Shown: positions 17,530-26,638 of the stretch, in pieces
Numbering within the stretch: position 1 is the first letter of the stretch
How the letters are laid out: each line of letters opens with the position of its first letter
Assembly: GCA_020634015.1 (NCBI GenBank)
Contig: JACKCN010000001.1
Span: 813,114 to 845,113 of the forward strand
Source of the DNA: Candidatus Delongbacteria bacterium
Lineage (GTDB): Bacteria > CAIWAD01
Direction of reading: 5' to 3'
DNA: 32,000 bases
The notes under the pieces: generated by a model
What the model saw: the letters and a program-made list of their open reading frames with translations, nothing else
Databases searched by the model: none
What the model was told of the DNA's origin: nothing
Program-made: the position numbers and the translations under genes

Positions 17530-17779
17530 GTCCCGGTGATCCCCTGCTCCACCGCTCCGCGTCCCGGGAGTCCGCTTCGACACCCCCCGCTTGTGGATGC
17601 CGGAGATGGATGACTGTTTGTGACCGTCGGATGGCAGAAACCGCTCCGACACCAAGGGTTCCGGAGATCAGGGTCCCAGGGACCCGGATCTTCCCGTGCC
17701 GGCCATTCGGCTGGGCCGGGGCACGAAGACGCCCCATTTTCCCCACCCCGTTACGACTCTGTAACACCCAAGCGCGACA

Positions 17780-17811
17780 CCGCCCCGGCACGGAATCCCG
17801 TGTCGGGGCGG
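17780..17811 (-). terminator. GC-rich hairpin between convergent genes, probable terminator of the GH13 gene
   Basis: ccgccccggcacgg-aatc-ccgtgtcggggcgg forms a 14-bp stem with one G-U/mismatch position. It lies 37 nt downstream of the amylase stop (17849-17851) on the minus strand. Confidence 0.4.
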
Positions 17812-17848
17812 AGTGTATCATGCGTGTGTGACGCGTCGCGCGAACGGC

Positions 17849-19225
17849 TCAGTCCTCGAGGCGCAGCGCCCAGCCCCAGGCGGGCAGGACGATGCCATCC
17901 CCGCGGGGCTCGACTCCATCGGCGGCCCAGAGCGCTGCTCCGGCCAGAGCGGGATGACCGGCGGGAACACTGCGCGCCTCGTCACTGAAATTGAACACGG
18001 CCAGCAGCGCACCGGAACCGGAGCCGCGCCGGAAGGCATACAGCCTGTCGTCGGGCACCGGCAGCGACTGGAAGACGCCTCCCGCCGAGCCATTGGCCAG
18101 CACGGGCAGATCGTGTTTCAACTGGTTCAGCCGGCGATGGAAGGCTTCGCGCGGGGAGGGGCCCCAGACGATGGGATCCTTCTCGAAGAATGCCAACCGC
18201 CGATTCAGGCCGATTTCCTGCCCGCTGTAGATCAGCGGCATGCCGGGCACCGTCCAGGTCAGCACGGTCATCGCGTCCACGGCCTCGCCCATGCGTTCGA
18301 ACTCGGTGCCGTTCCAGCTGTTCTCGTCGTGGTTGGTGACGAACTGCATCAGGTAGGCGTCCGCGGGAAACTTGCCGAAGTCCTGGATCACGGTGTCGAT
18401 GGCGGCAGGCACGCGCTCCCCGCGCGCGATGCTGTTCATCACATTGTGAAAGGCCCAGGAATAGCTCATGTCGAAGGCCCGGGGATGCAGGCGCGGATCT
18501 TCCCATTCGGCCAGCATGAACACCGGCTTCACTGCCTCGAGCCGAGGACGCGCGTCATCCCAGAAATCGAAAGGGATCAGGCCGGCCACGTCGCAACGGA
18601 AACCGTCGATGTCCGTTTCACGCAGCCACCATTCCAGCGATCCGGTCATGTACTCGCGCAGCCCGGGTTGCGAATAGTCCAGATCGATCACGTCGCTCCA
18701 GTCGGGCACTGGCGGCATGGGATTTCCCTGGGCATCGCGCGTGATCCATTCGGGATGCTCGCTGGCGATGTGATTGTCCCAGGCGCAATGATTGGCCACC
18801 CAGTCCACGATCACGTGCATGCCCAGCCCGTGAATTTCCTTGACCAAAGCCCGGAATTCCTCGATGCTGCCGCTGGCCGGATCGATGGCCCGGTAGTCCT
18901 TCACCGAATAATAGCTGCCCATGCCTCCCTTGCGGTTCAGTTCGCCGATGGGTGTCAGCGGCATGAACCAGAGGATGTCCACACCCAGCTCCTTCAAGCG
19001 GGGCAGATGCTCGCGAAAGGCGGCCAGCGTGCCCGCTTCGGTATACTGGCGCAGGTTCACTTCGTAGATCACGGCGTGCCGGGTCCAGTCCAGATGCGGC
19101 ACCTGTTCGGTGACCACCACCGAATCGGGCATCGCGTCCCAGGCCGGGGCAAGCTTGAACGGGCTCAGCCCCAGCAGACCACTTCCCAGGGCCATCCAGG
19201 CCAGATGACGGGTATCCATGCGCAT
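17849..19225 (-). CDS. GH13 alpha-amylase family glycoside hydrolase (exported)
   Basis: The four GH13 conserved regions are present: DWVANH, IDGFRCDVAGL, FMLAEWE and FVTNHDE. The start is moved from 19402 to the ATG at 19225/19219 (MRMDTRHLAWMALGSGLLGL...), which has a GGAG SD and avoids overlap with the upstream gene. Confidence 0.9.
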   Translation of the reverse strand: MRMDTRHLAWMALGSGLLGLSPFKLAPAWDAMPDSVVVTEQVPHLDWTRHAVIYEVNLRQYTEAGTLAAFREHLPRLKELGVDILWFMPLTPIGELNRKGGMGSYYSVKDYRAIDPASGSIEEFRALVKEIHGLGMHVIVDWVANHCAWDNHIASEHPEWITRDAQGNPMPPVPDWSDVIDLDYSQPGLREYMTGSLEWWLRETDIDGFRCDVAGLIPFDFWDDARPRLEAVKPVFMLAEWEDPRLHPRAFDMSYSWAFHNVMNSIARGERVPAAIDTVIQDFGKFPADAYLMQFVTNHDENSWNGTEFERMGEAVDAMTVLTWTVPGMPLIYSGQEIGLNRRLAFFEKDPIVWGPSPREAFHRRLNQLKHDLPVLANGSAGGVFQSLPVPDDRLYAFRRGSGSGALLAVFNFSDEARSVPAGHPALAGAALWAADGVEPRGDGIVLPAWGWALRLED

Positions 19226-19292
19226 CCGTGTTCTCCAGCTTGTGAGCGGACGGCGTGCACATTCTGCCGCACCGCGGGAATTCCGTGTTCGA

Positions 19293-21551
19293 TCAGGGTT
19301 GAGTGATGATCCGCACCGTGTAACAACCGACCGGCTGATTGTCGCCCAGTGCCTGCTCGTCGACCCAGAAGGGCTGGCTGACGATCGCCACGGTCTGGGC
19401 ACCGCCGAGCCAGGGAGCCGCCGGATAGCGTTCCACGCGCCAGAGGGTTCCGCCTGAAGGACTCCAGTCCAGGCGCAAGCTGTTGGCCAGGCGCGTGATG
19501 CGCAGGTCCGACACCGTGAGACACTGATTGCTCGTGCCCGGAGTGGGATCGGCCGCGGTCAGCCAGGCTCCCGGATCATCGGCCTGCTCCAGCCCCGCGT
19601 CACAGGGCAGTTGCCAGCTGAGATCGGTCTGCGAGGCGCCAAAATCCAGACGCTGGAGCAGCCGTCCGCCGGGCAGACTCAGCAGCAGACTCTCGCCATT
19701 GGCGGAAAGCGCGAAGCCGGCATGCAGGCCGGGGTCCTGGGTGTCGTTGTCACACCAGACCAGCAGGCGCTCGCCTGGCCCCAGCAGCGTGTCCGGCAGC
19801 AGATAGCGCAAGGGCTGCGAGGGCGAATCCGACAGTGCGACTCCCGCCAGTTGCAGGGTGTGCTGCGAGCCGTTGACCAGCTCGAGCCAGTCGTCGAAGT
19901 CCCCCTGGCCATCGCTGATGGTGCTGGAATTGCTGGCCATGAACTCCACGATGCGCAGACTGTCGGCGGCAGGATCTTCAAGCAGCAGGGTTCTGGGCGC
20001 GCCCACGGGCCAGTCACGCGTGTGTCCGGCCTGGTCCAGAGCCCGCAGGCGCCAGCTCAGAGTGCCGGTTCCGGGGCGAGGAAACCGTGTGCTCCAGCCG
20101 TCGTCAGCCGACAATTCCTGACCGCCCGTCGGGCTGGCCAGAAGCGGTATGGGCGACAGCTCCTGACCGTTCAGACTGGGCAGCAGCCAGAGCGAGTCCA
20201 GACCCGCCGCGGAGAATGCCAGCACACTGGCCTGCAGGCTGTCAATGCCACTGGACACCAGCTCACCCTGCCAGAGCACGGGGCCGCCATTGACCCAGTT
20301 CAGTTGCCCGGGCAGACTCTGGGAGCGCAGATCGAGAAACTCGAGCAGCCCGCGCTTCACATGCTGATTCTCATAGTGCCCCAGCGACCAGCTCTGCTGG
20401 AAGTCCTGGACAGTGAAGCCGTAATCCAGCGTGCGCCAGTTGTCCGCGCTGGCCGAGGGAGTCAGCAGGGTGCGCAACGCATCGGTGTAAGCGGACCAGT
20501 CGAAGCCTGCCAGCAACTGCTGCTGGCCCCGTTCGAGAAAATGGGTGTACAGGTCGCGGTACGCGGGAATCGAGAGCAGTGCGGCGCTCAGTGGGCGCCC
20601 ATCCCCGTCATTGGCCGGCCAGGCATAGGGGTCGAGGGTCGCCCAGGGCACATTGAACCAGTCGATGCCCATGTTGTTGTCGTAGTCGTAGGGAATGAAG
20701 TGCATCAGGTCGGATGACGGGTCGTGATACAGGTAGTAGTTGTTGCGCAGGAATCGGTAGTCGTCCCAGTTGCCCAGCAGCACATCGACGGCCATCACCT
20801 CCAGCACGTCCTCGATGGCCAGCACGCTCTCGAGACTGTCGCGCAGGGCGGCGGGCGGGGTCTGGGTCAGCACGCGCACCAGTCGCTGCAAGGCGCCGTA
20901 GTCGTCCAGTTCCTCGTTGGTCTTCAGCTCGTAGACCCGTCGGTCGTTGACCAGCAGCTTGTAGGCTTCGGGATCGCTGCCCAGCCAGTTCAGGTCGGCC
21001 GGCCAGAGGCATTTCCAGAGATTGCCCGAAGAGTCGGCAAAGCGCTTGCGCAGCCATTCCTTGTCGATGTGCTCCACGGACACATACAACCCGTAGAAGT
21101 TGCCATTGATCCAGACTTCGCTGTGCGAGGCGCGCGAGGCACGCATGCCCGCGCGCTGCATCAGATCCCAGGCGATCTTGCTGCGCGCGATCGCGGGGTC
21201 GTTGTGCTCGCCGTTCAGATTGAGGGCGTCCTCGTCGAAGAACTCGAGGCCGTCCAGGTACTCGTCGAATTTGAGCTTGAAGCTTTTCTTGGCGGAGGTG
21301 CGTGAGGTGTTGCCGCGCAGGCGGAAGCCGACCGGGGTCATCACGGTGTCAAGCAGGGCGTTGCGGAAGCGCACGGTGCAGACATGCATCGAGTCGCTCC
21401 AGACATTGGCGTATGCCCAGTCCAGATCGGCCTGGTCAATGGTGATGTCCACCCGACCGACCTGGCTGTCGTCGTGCAGCATCCAGCTGTCGTCGGCTTC
21501 GGCTCGCGAGGAGAGCAGGGCCAGAAACAGTACAAGAATCAAACCGTGCAT
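19293..21551 (-). CDS. secreted CotH kinase family protein with lamin-tail domain and C-terminal FN3-like domain
   Basis: CotH-like core: FRLRGNTSRTSAKKSFKLKFDEY, LNLNGEHNDPAIARSKIAWDLM, INGNFYGLYVSVEHIDKEWL, GNWDDYRFLRNNYYLYHD..FIPYDYDN. LTD: RIVEFMASNS...FDDWLELVNGSQHTLQLAGVALSD...GPGERLLVWCDND. The ATG at 21551 (MHGLILVLFLALLSSRAEA, signal peptide) has a GGAGG SD. Confidence 0.9.
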   Translation of the reverse strand: MHGLILVLFLALLSSRAEADDSWMLHDDSQVGRVDITIDQADLDWAYANVWSDSMHVCTVRFRNALLDTVMTPVGFRLRGNTSRTSAKKSFKLKFDEYLDGLEFFDEDALNLNGEHNDPAIARSKIAWDLMQRAGMRASRASHSEVWINGNFYGLYVSVEHIDKEWLRKRFADSSGNLWKCLWPADLNWLGSDPEAYKLLVNDRRVYELKTNEELDDYGALQRLVRVLTQTPPAALRDSLESVLAIEDVLEVMAVDVLLGNWDDYRFLRNNYYLYHDPSSDLMHFIPYDYDNNMGIDWFNVPWATLDPYAWPANDGDGRPLSAALLSIPAYRDLYTHFLERGQQQLLAGFDWSAYTDALRTLLTPSASADNWRTLDYGFTVQDFQQSWSLGHYENQHVKRGLLEFLDLRSQSLPGQLNWVNGGPVLWQGELVSSGIDSLQASVLAFSAAGLDSLWLLPSLNGQELSPIPLLASPTGGQELSADDGWSTRFPRPGTGTLSWRLRALDQAGHTRDWPVGAPRTLLLEDPAADSLRIVEFMASNSSTISDGQGDFDDWLELVNGSQHTLQLAGVALSDSPSQPLRYLLPDTLLGPGERLLVWCDNDTQDPGLHAGFALSANGESLLLSLPGGRLLQRLDFGASQTDLSWQLPCDAGLEQADDPGAWLTAADPTPGTSNQCLTVSDLRITRLANSLRLDWSPSGGTLWRVERYPAAPWLGGAQTVAIVSQPFWVDEQALGDNQPVGCYTVRIITQP

Positions 21552-21625
21552 CACACCCTCCCCGGTCCGATGGGCCGGAAGCGGTGACAATCCGGCGGTG
21601 TGGCTGCCGGATCACGCCGGGCGGG

Positions 21626-21655
21626 TCAGCCCCGGGGCAGCTCAGCCCCGGGCAG
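21626..21655 (-). terminator. GC hairpin / tandem 14-15-nt direct repeat immediately after the TlpA-like gene
   Basis: tcagccccggggcag (21626-21640) and tcagccccgggcag (21642-21655). On the minus-strand RNA, GCCCGGGGC-UGAGCU-GCCCCGGGGC can form a 9-bp stem with one bulge. No U-tract follows. Confidence 0.3.
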
Positions 21656-21656
21656 A

Positions 21657-22226
21657 TTAGCCCTGGACGTTTCCGGACAGCAGGCGATCCAGCAGGCCGA
21701 CGGGCATCTGCATCGGGTGGCCCGTCCAGGCCACCTTGCCGTCACGTCCCAGAACCACGGAGCGCGGAATGCCGGTCACCTGATAGGTGGTGGACATCTT
21801 GCGGTCTGAGTCAAGGAACACAGGAAAGGTGAATCCCGCATTGGCCTCACGCCAGCGCTGGATCTTGGCCGGGTCATCCCCGCGGCTGCCCGTGTTGATC
21901 GCCATCATCCGGAAGTCCGGATTGTCGCGGTGCTCTTCCCAGTGCTTCTGGATCGTGGGCATGCTGCGGATGCAGGGGCCGCACCAAGTTCCCCAGAATT
22001 CAAGGAAGACGATCTTGCCCTCGGTCGCGGCCCAGTCGAAGTCCTTCAGATCCACCACGCCGGTCCGATCGGAAGCCGGGGCAATGGTGGACTCGGCCAT
22101 GCGCGTGTCCAGGGTGGCACCCGAATCAGCGGTGGACTTTCCCACGGTTCCATCGGAGCAGGCCGACGCCAGCAGCATCAGAGCCAGCATCCAGAGGGAA
22201 AGCCGGAGCGCGTGCAGGGCCTTCAT
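21657..22226 (-). CDS. TlpA/ResA-like periplasmic thiol:disulfide oxidoreductase lipoprotein
   Basis: Redoxin motif FWGTWCGPCIRSMP. The ATG at 22226 gives MKALHALRLSLWMLALMLLASAC (lipobox-like). This start overlaps the thioredoxin stop in an ATGA arrangement (22223-22226). Confidence 0.85.
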   Translation of the reverse strand: MKALHALRLSLWMLALMLLASACSDGTVGKSTADSGATLDTRMAESTIAPASDRTGVVDLKDFDWAATEGKIVFLEFWGTWCGPCIRSMPTIQKHWEEHRDNPDFRMMAINTGSRGDDPAKIQRWREANAGFTFPVFLDSDRKMSTTYQVTGIPRSVVLGRDGKVAWTGHPMQMPVGLLDRLLSGNVQG

Positions 22227-22552
22227 GACTGGGCGGGCAGGTGCTTGTTGATGTAGGCCAGCACCTTGGTCTTGTCCAGGTAGCCCATGAACTGGTCCAC
22301 CTTGTTGCCGTCGCGGTAGAAGTGCACCTGGGGCACCGACATCACGCCGTTGGCCAGCGCGGCCTGGCGGGCTTCCTCGATGTCGACCTTGCCGATGCGC
22401 ACATCGGCGCGCTCGCCCTGGATCTCTTCCAGCACGGGATTGAGTTTCTTGCAGGGGCCACACCAGGTCGCGCCGTAATCCACGAGCACCAGCCCGGCCT
22501 GTGACACGAAATCCTGGAAGTTGCCGTCGTCGACCTTGGTCAGGGTGGACAT
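22223..22552 (-). CDS. trxA: thioredoxin
   Basis: 109 aa from the ATG at 22552, with an AGGAGG SD 4-5 nt upstream. Sequence: MSTLTKVDDGNFQDFV...VLVDYGATWCGPCKKLNPVLEEI, canonical WCGPC. The longer track ORF (to 22726) overlaps the TPR gene. Confidence 0.9.
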   Translation of the reverse strand: MSTLTKVDDGNFQDFVSQAGLVLVDYGATWCGPCKKLNPVLEEIQGERADVRIGKVDIEEARQAALANGVMSVPQVHFYRDGNKVDQFMGYLDKTKVLAYINKHLPAQS

Positions 22553-22574
22553 GATCCCTCCTGTGAAGTGATGG

Positions 22575-25235
22575 TTAGCTTTTCGTCGAATCCGCCAGCA
22601 GGCGCTCGGCCTCCGGGCGATTGAATGCGTGCTCGTCCCAGCTGTCCAGGGCGGCCGCCAGATGATAACCGGCATCCGCATCACGCCCGGCCGCAGCGAA
22701 GAGCTTGCCCAGCTGGAAGTGCGCATCCCCGTGGGCCGGAGCCAGGCTCAGCGCGCTCTGCAGCAGCTTGGTGGCCAGCGCCGGATCCTTCTTGACGTTC
22801 AGATGAATCAGCGCGCTGAAGTACAGGGCCTGGGGCTGCTGCGGGTTCTGGGTCAGGCTCTTCTGGAAACTGGTCAGCGCGCCATCGTGGCGCTCGCTGG
22901 TGTACTCCAGCAGCCCCAGCTCGTACCAGGCCTGGGGAAACACATCCTGCAGCTTGAGCGCCTTGCGGATGTACTCTTCGGCCTTGTCCTCACGGTCGGC
23001 TTCCTTGAGCGCGATGCCGTAGCGGAAATTGAACAGCGCATTGTTGGGCTGCATGTCCACGGCGTTGTGATACTCCTTGAGGGCCAGGCTGACCTCGTCG
23101 TTCTCCAGCATCAGTTCCGCCAGGCGGAAGCGCACGCTGGGATCGGAGGGCAAGCGCTCCTCGAGCTGGATCATGCAGTCGATGGCGTGATCCAGATCGC
23201 CGGCCGCCACATGGGCGTTGGCCAGCTCGTACAGCGCGCGGTGATTCTGGGCATCCTTGGCCACGATGGCTTCCAGCTGGCCGATGGCCTTGCCCCAGTC
23301 GCGACTGGTCATGTACGACAGCGCCAGCAGGTAGCGATCGTCCAGGTCGTCGGGATCGTCGGCCACGCTCTTCTCCAGCTCCTCGACCGAGGCGCTGGCC
23401 ATCGGGCGAATCTGCTGCAGGTGCTGGAGCCGCTGACTGGCTTCCGGGAACTCGGGACGCAGCTCGAGGGCCCGGTTGAGGGCGATTTCCGCATCGTCGT
23501 AGCGCCGCAGGTCCATGAGTGTCAGCGCACGGTAGAAGATGATCTGCACGTTCTCGGGGTCACGCTCGAGCTGGGCATCCAGCACGGCCAGACCATTCTG
23601 GTACTGCTGGTTGCGATTGTACAGCAGGGCCAGCCTCAGGCCGGGAGTGGCATCCTTGCCCGAGAACTCCAGCCAGCGCTGATACATGGCCACCGCGGGT
23701 TCCAGTTCCCCGAGCAGGTCATGAATCTGGGCCAGCGAGACGACGGGCTCCCTGGCCGTGGGGTCCTTTTCCAGGGCCGTGGTGAAGGCGGCCACCGCGT
23801 CCACGAAATGCCCCTTCTGCTGCAGGGCGGTGCCCAGCATGCCATGCAGGCGCGCATCCTCGGGGGCTTCCATCAACAGCTTGCGCAGTTCGTCGGCGGC
23901 CTCGTCCGCCTCGCGCAGCTGCAGATCGATCTGCACCAGACGATAGCGCGCGTTGAGATCACTGACGCCTTCCAGGCCGCGCTTCAGCTCGGCACGGGCA
24001 CGCATCAGCGCGTTGCCGTCGCGGCCGGCGGTCATCGAGAGCGCGAAGCCCAGGTTCAGGTGCAGGGCGTGGTTGTCGGGGTCGTCCTTGAGCAACTCTT
24101 CGATCAGGGGCAGGGCCTCGGCGGCGCGCTGACCCAGCATGTAGGCCTGCACCAGCTGGGCCTTGAGGGAGCGGTTTTCCGGATCCTTCTCCAGGGCCTC
24201 TTCAAGCTGACTGGAGCTGGGGCCCGCGGTCTCGCCACCCTGCTTCAGACGCTCGAGGGCCAACTGGGCCTCACGCAGGCCGGGCTGCAGTTCCAGAGCC
24301 CGTTCGACCAGTTTCACGGCGATGTCCGTCTCACCCTGCTCCTGATAGGCCATGCCTTTCAGATAGTGCAGGCCGGCATCGTTGGGGGCCAGAGCCAGTG
24401 CCTCGTCGAAGAGGGCGATGGCCGCGTCGTATTCCTTCTTGTGGCCGGCCAGCAGCATGGCCAGACGTCCCAGCACGGGCGGCTGGTCGCGCTTCAGCTC
24501 CAGGCTTTCGCGGTAGCTGGTTTCAGCGGTATCCCGGTCGCCGCCCTGCTCCTGCATCTGGCCCAGATTGAACAACAGGGCCGCGTCGTTGCCATTGAGT
24601 TCGATGGCCTTCTGCAACAGTGCGGCACCCTGGCCGTACTCCTGCTTCTGGGCATGGATCAGGGCGCGGTAGTTGAGCACATCCCGGTTGCCGGGTTGTT
24701 TCTCCAGCAGGGAATCCAGACGCTGGGCGGCTTCGTCGGCCTTGCCCGTATTCAGCAGCAGAATCGCGAACTGGAAGTTGCCGCTGAGATCATCGGGGCT
24801 GATCTCCAGACCGGTGCGGAAGGCGGCAATGGCCTTGTCGGCCTGGTTGCGGGCCTGAAAGGTCATGGCCAAGGCGAAGTGCAGGGTGGCACTGCGCTCG
24901 GTCGGCGTCAGGCGCAGAGCGTGGCGGTAACTGACCTCGGCCTTGTCGTACTGCTTGAGCAGCATGTGGCACTGGCCATGATGGAACCAGGCCTCGGCCA
25001 CATCGTCCTTGATGGACAGGCTCTTGTCAATCTCTTCGAGCGCGTGGCTCACTTCGCCACGGCCGAGATAGGCCACGCCCAGGGTGTAAAGCACTTCCGG
25101 ATCGTGGGGAGCATATTTCAGGCTCTTGCGATATCCAGCAATGACCTTCTGCAGGTCGGGATTGGTGCTGCGGTGAATCTTGAGGGTTTCGGTGAACCAC
25201 TGCCGGGCTTTCTGGGCGTCGGAAATGCCGCTCAT
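22575..25235 (-). CDS. large tetratricopeptide-repeat (TPR) protein
   Basis: 886-aa ORF made of repeated 34-aa helical units along its whole length (A..Y..AL...P....A...LG..Y...G....A...). GGAG SD upstream of the ATG at 25235. No signal peptide is evident. Confidence 0.9.
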   Translation of the reverse strand: MSGISDAQKARQWFTETLKIHRSTNPDLQKVIAGYRKSLKYAPHDPEVLYTLGVAYLGRGEVSHALEEIDKSLSIKDDVAEAWFHHGQCHMLLKQYDKAEVSYRHALRLTPTERSATLHFALAMTFQARNQADKAIAAFRTGLEISPDDLSGNFQFAILLLNTGKADEAAQRLDSLLEKQPGNRDVLNYRALIHAQKQEYGQGAALLQKAIELNGNDAALLFNLGQMQEQGGDRDTAETSYRESLELKRDQPPVLGRLAMLLAGHKKEYDAAIALFDEALALAPNDAGLHYLKGMAYQEQGETDIAVKLVERALELQPGLREAQLALERLKQGGETAGPSSSQLEEALEKDPENRSLKAQLVQAYMLGQRAAEALPLIEELLKDDPDNHALHLNLGFALSMTAGRDGNALMRARAELKRGLEGVSDLNARYRLVQIDLQLREADEAADELRKLLMEAPEDARLHGMLGTALQQKGHFVDAVAAFTTALEKDPTAREPVVSLAQIHDLLGELEPAVAMYQRWLEFSGKDATPGLRLALLYNRNQQYQNGLAVLDAQLERDPENVQIIFYRALTLMDLRRYDDAEIALNRALELRPEFPEASQRLQHLQQIRPMASASVEELEKSVADDPDDLDDRYLLALSYMTSRDWGKAIGQLEAIVAKDAQNHRALYELANAHVAAGDLDHAIDCMIQLEERLPSDPSVRFRLAELMLENDEVSLALKEYHNAVDMQPNNALFNFRYGIALKEADREDKAEEYIRKALKLQDVFPQAWYELGLLEYTSERHDGALTSFQKSLTQNPQQPQALYFSALIHLNVKKDPALATKLLQSALSLAPAHGDAHFQLGKLFAAAGRDADAGYHLAAALDSWDEHAFNRPEAERLLADSTKS

Positions 25236-25482
25236 GGCATGTCTCCATCAGGCTAAGGATCCGGCTGCCGCAGGGCATTCCTGCTTGCGCCAGAATTGTC
25301 GTTGAGGTGTCAGCAAACGGCGAAAGTAGGAATTGACGCGGCCCGGGCCAAGGAAAGGCTTGAGACAGGAGGAGTGAGGTCCGGGGATCGCAACGTGCCC
25401 GGACGGAGTATCTGCCCCGGAATTCGCCACCTTGAGCGCCTCACGGCAGATGACAGGCAACCCGGATCATTCAGGAATCAGC

Positions 25483-26172
25483 ATGCAGACAGACTCTCAG
25501 AAGCCCCAGGGGTCCAGCGTCAGCAAACACCTGCGCACCTATCTGGCCTCGGGAATCCTGGTCCTGGTCCCTCTGGGCCTGACGGTGTTCGTGTTCAAGC
25601 TGCTCTTCACCTCGCTCTCGGGCATCATGCTTCCCGTGCTGCGCCCCCTGCTGCGAGATCTGCCCGAATGGGCTCTGGTGAGCCTGGCCTTCTTCTCGAT
25701 GCTGATCATCGTCTACATCGTGGGTCTGGTGGCGGCGCACATGATCGGGCGTCGTGTGATCCAGCTTGGCGAAACCTTGCTGATGCGCGTGCCCTTCATC
25801 AAGACGGTCTATTCGGCCTCGAAGCAGGTGGTGGACTCGATCTCCTCGCCCGGGGCGTCGGCCTACAAGGCGGTGGCCCTGGTCGAGTACCCCCTGCCGG
25901 GCACACTGGCGCTGGCCTTCGTCACCGGCAGCACGCGCACTTCGGATGACCGGGTCTACATCACGGTGTTCGTGCCCACCACGCCCAATCCCACATCCGG
26001 CTTCATGCTCTTCGTGCCCGAAGCCGACGTGCGCATCCTGAAGATGAGCGTCGAAGATGCGGTCAAGACCATCTTCTCCGGCGGCATGCTCGGGCCTCCG
26101 CGCCTGGACTACCGCAATGCGCCGCTGGCGCACACGGAACCGGAGAGCGACAGGGAACTTCCTCCCGCCTGA
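25483..26172 (+). CDS. DUF502 family membrane protein
   Basis: Two N-terminal TM helices (YLASGILVLVPLGLTVFVF; ALVSLAFFSMLIIVYIVGLVAA), RVPFIKTVYSASKQV, and the hallmark VPTTPNPTSGFMLFVP. The track start at 25432 is a TTG. The ATG at 25483 has an AGGAA SD-like element, so the start remains uncertain. Confidence 0.85.
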   Translation: MQTDSQKPQGSSVSKHLRTYLASGILVLVPLGLTVFVFKLLFTSLSGIMLPVLRPLLRDLPEWALVSLAFFSMLIIVYIVGLVAAHMIGRRVIQLGETLLMRVPFIKTVYSASKQVVDSISSPGASAYKAVALVEYPLPGTLALAFVTGSTRTSDDRVYITVFVPTTPNPTSGFMLFVPEADVRILKMSVEDAVKTIFSGGMLGPPRLDYRNAPLAHTEPESDRELPPA

Positions 26173-26209
26173 GCGCGGCCATCGCCCGGTTTTCCCCGGG
26201 ACGCCGGAC

Positions 26210-26638
26210 CTAGCGTTCCGTATCCAGGCGGCGGGGTTCGGGGCGCGGCCGGCGACCATAGCCCACCAGGGTGCGCCGTGTGTGATCCAGGCCGTTCAGC
26301 CTGGCCCGCAGTCCTCCCAGTTCCTCGCCAAGCTGCCCGCCCAGCCTGTCTTCCATGGTCGAGATCCGTGCCGACCGGGTGGCCAGTTCGGCGCGCAACC
26401 AGAGTCGGTGTGGATGGGCCTCGGGCCAGCGGGCACGCAGTCCCTCGACACACTCGGCCACGGCATGGCCCAGCTCCTCGCGGCGGTTCAACAGGGCGTC
26501 CAGATGCTCGAGATTGTCATCCCCGCCGCCCAGCAGGCGCAGCAGATTCTCCCACTCGTCCAGCAGCCTGAACAGTCGGTCCTCGCCCGCGGATTCCGTC
26601 TCGGAAGCGGCAAGGCCCTGCGGGTGTGCAGCGCTCAT
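26210..26638 (-). CDS. hypothetical coiled-coil protein, last gene of the glycosyltransferase operon (weak FliT/FlgN-like chaperone resemblance)
   Basis: 142 aa. The ATG overlaps the upstream stop (ATGA at 26635-26638). The sequence is helical and heptad-like: RLFRLLDEWENLLRLL...LDALLNRREELGHAV...LRARLNGLDHTRRTLVGYGRR. It has good GC3 in this frame. The functional call is weak. Confidence 0.6.
   Translation of the reverse strand: MSAAHPQGLAASETESAGEDRLFRLLDEWENLLRLLGGGDDNLEHLDALLNRREELGHAVAECVEGLRARWPEAHPHRLWLRAELATRSARISTMEDRLGGQLGEELGGLRARLNGLDHTRRTLVGYGRRPRPEPRRLDTER

Noticed and set aside
16399-17655. 418-aa minus-strand ORF antisense to the HEPN-like gene
   Set aside because: Its composition is Gly/Gln/Ala/Val/Pro-rich, which is antisense-type. 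The + frame has balanced composition (K, E, F, Y, L) and high GC3.
17610-17988. Small ORFs (73 and 122 aa, +) in the convergent spacer 17530-17848
   Set aside because: They have no SD, are Arg/Pro/Gly-rich, and run into the amylase gene antisense. The region is better explained by RNA hairpins.
19226-19402. N-terminal extensions suggested by the track for the amylase (to 19402), CotH (to 21590), TlpA-like (to 22463) and thioredoxin (to 22726) genes
   Set aside because: In each case an internal ATG with a good SD gives a proper signal peptide or the canonical N-terminus. The extension would also overlap the upstream gene.
17813-20717. ORFs 17813-19306 (+, 497 aa) and 19611-20717 (+, 368 aa) antisense to the amylase and CotH genes
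   Set aside because: The GH13 and CotH motifs are unambiguous on the minus strand. The + translations lack motifs.
21626-21655. Tandem direct repeat tcagccccgggg(c)ag x2 considered as a mini-CRISPR or satellite
   Set aside because: There are only two copies and no spacers. The position directly after a stop codon, together with the self-complementarity, is better explained as a terminator-like hairpin.
22629-25256. 875-aa ORF on the + strand, antisense to the TPR gene
   Set aside because: It is an exact mirror of a well-supported TPR gene. Its composition is G/L/Q/V/A/H-rich and low in complexity, with no motifs, no SD and poor third-position GC pattern. Long stop-free antisense frames are expected in GC-rich genes that avoid TTA/CTA/TCA codons.
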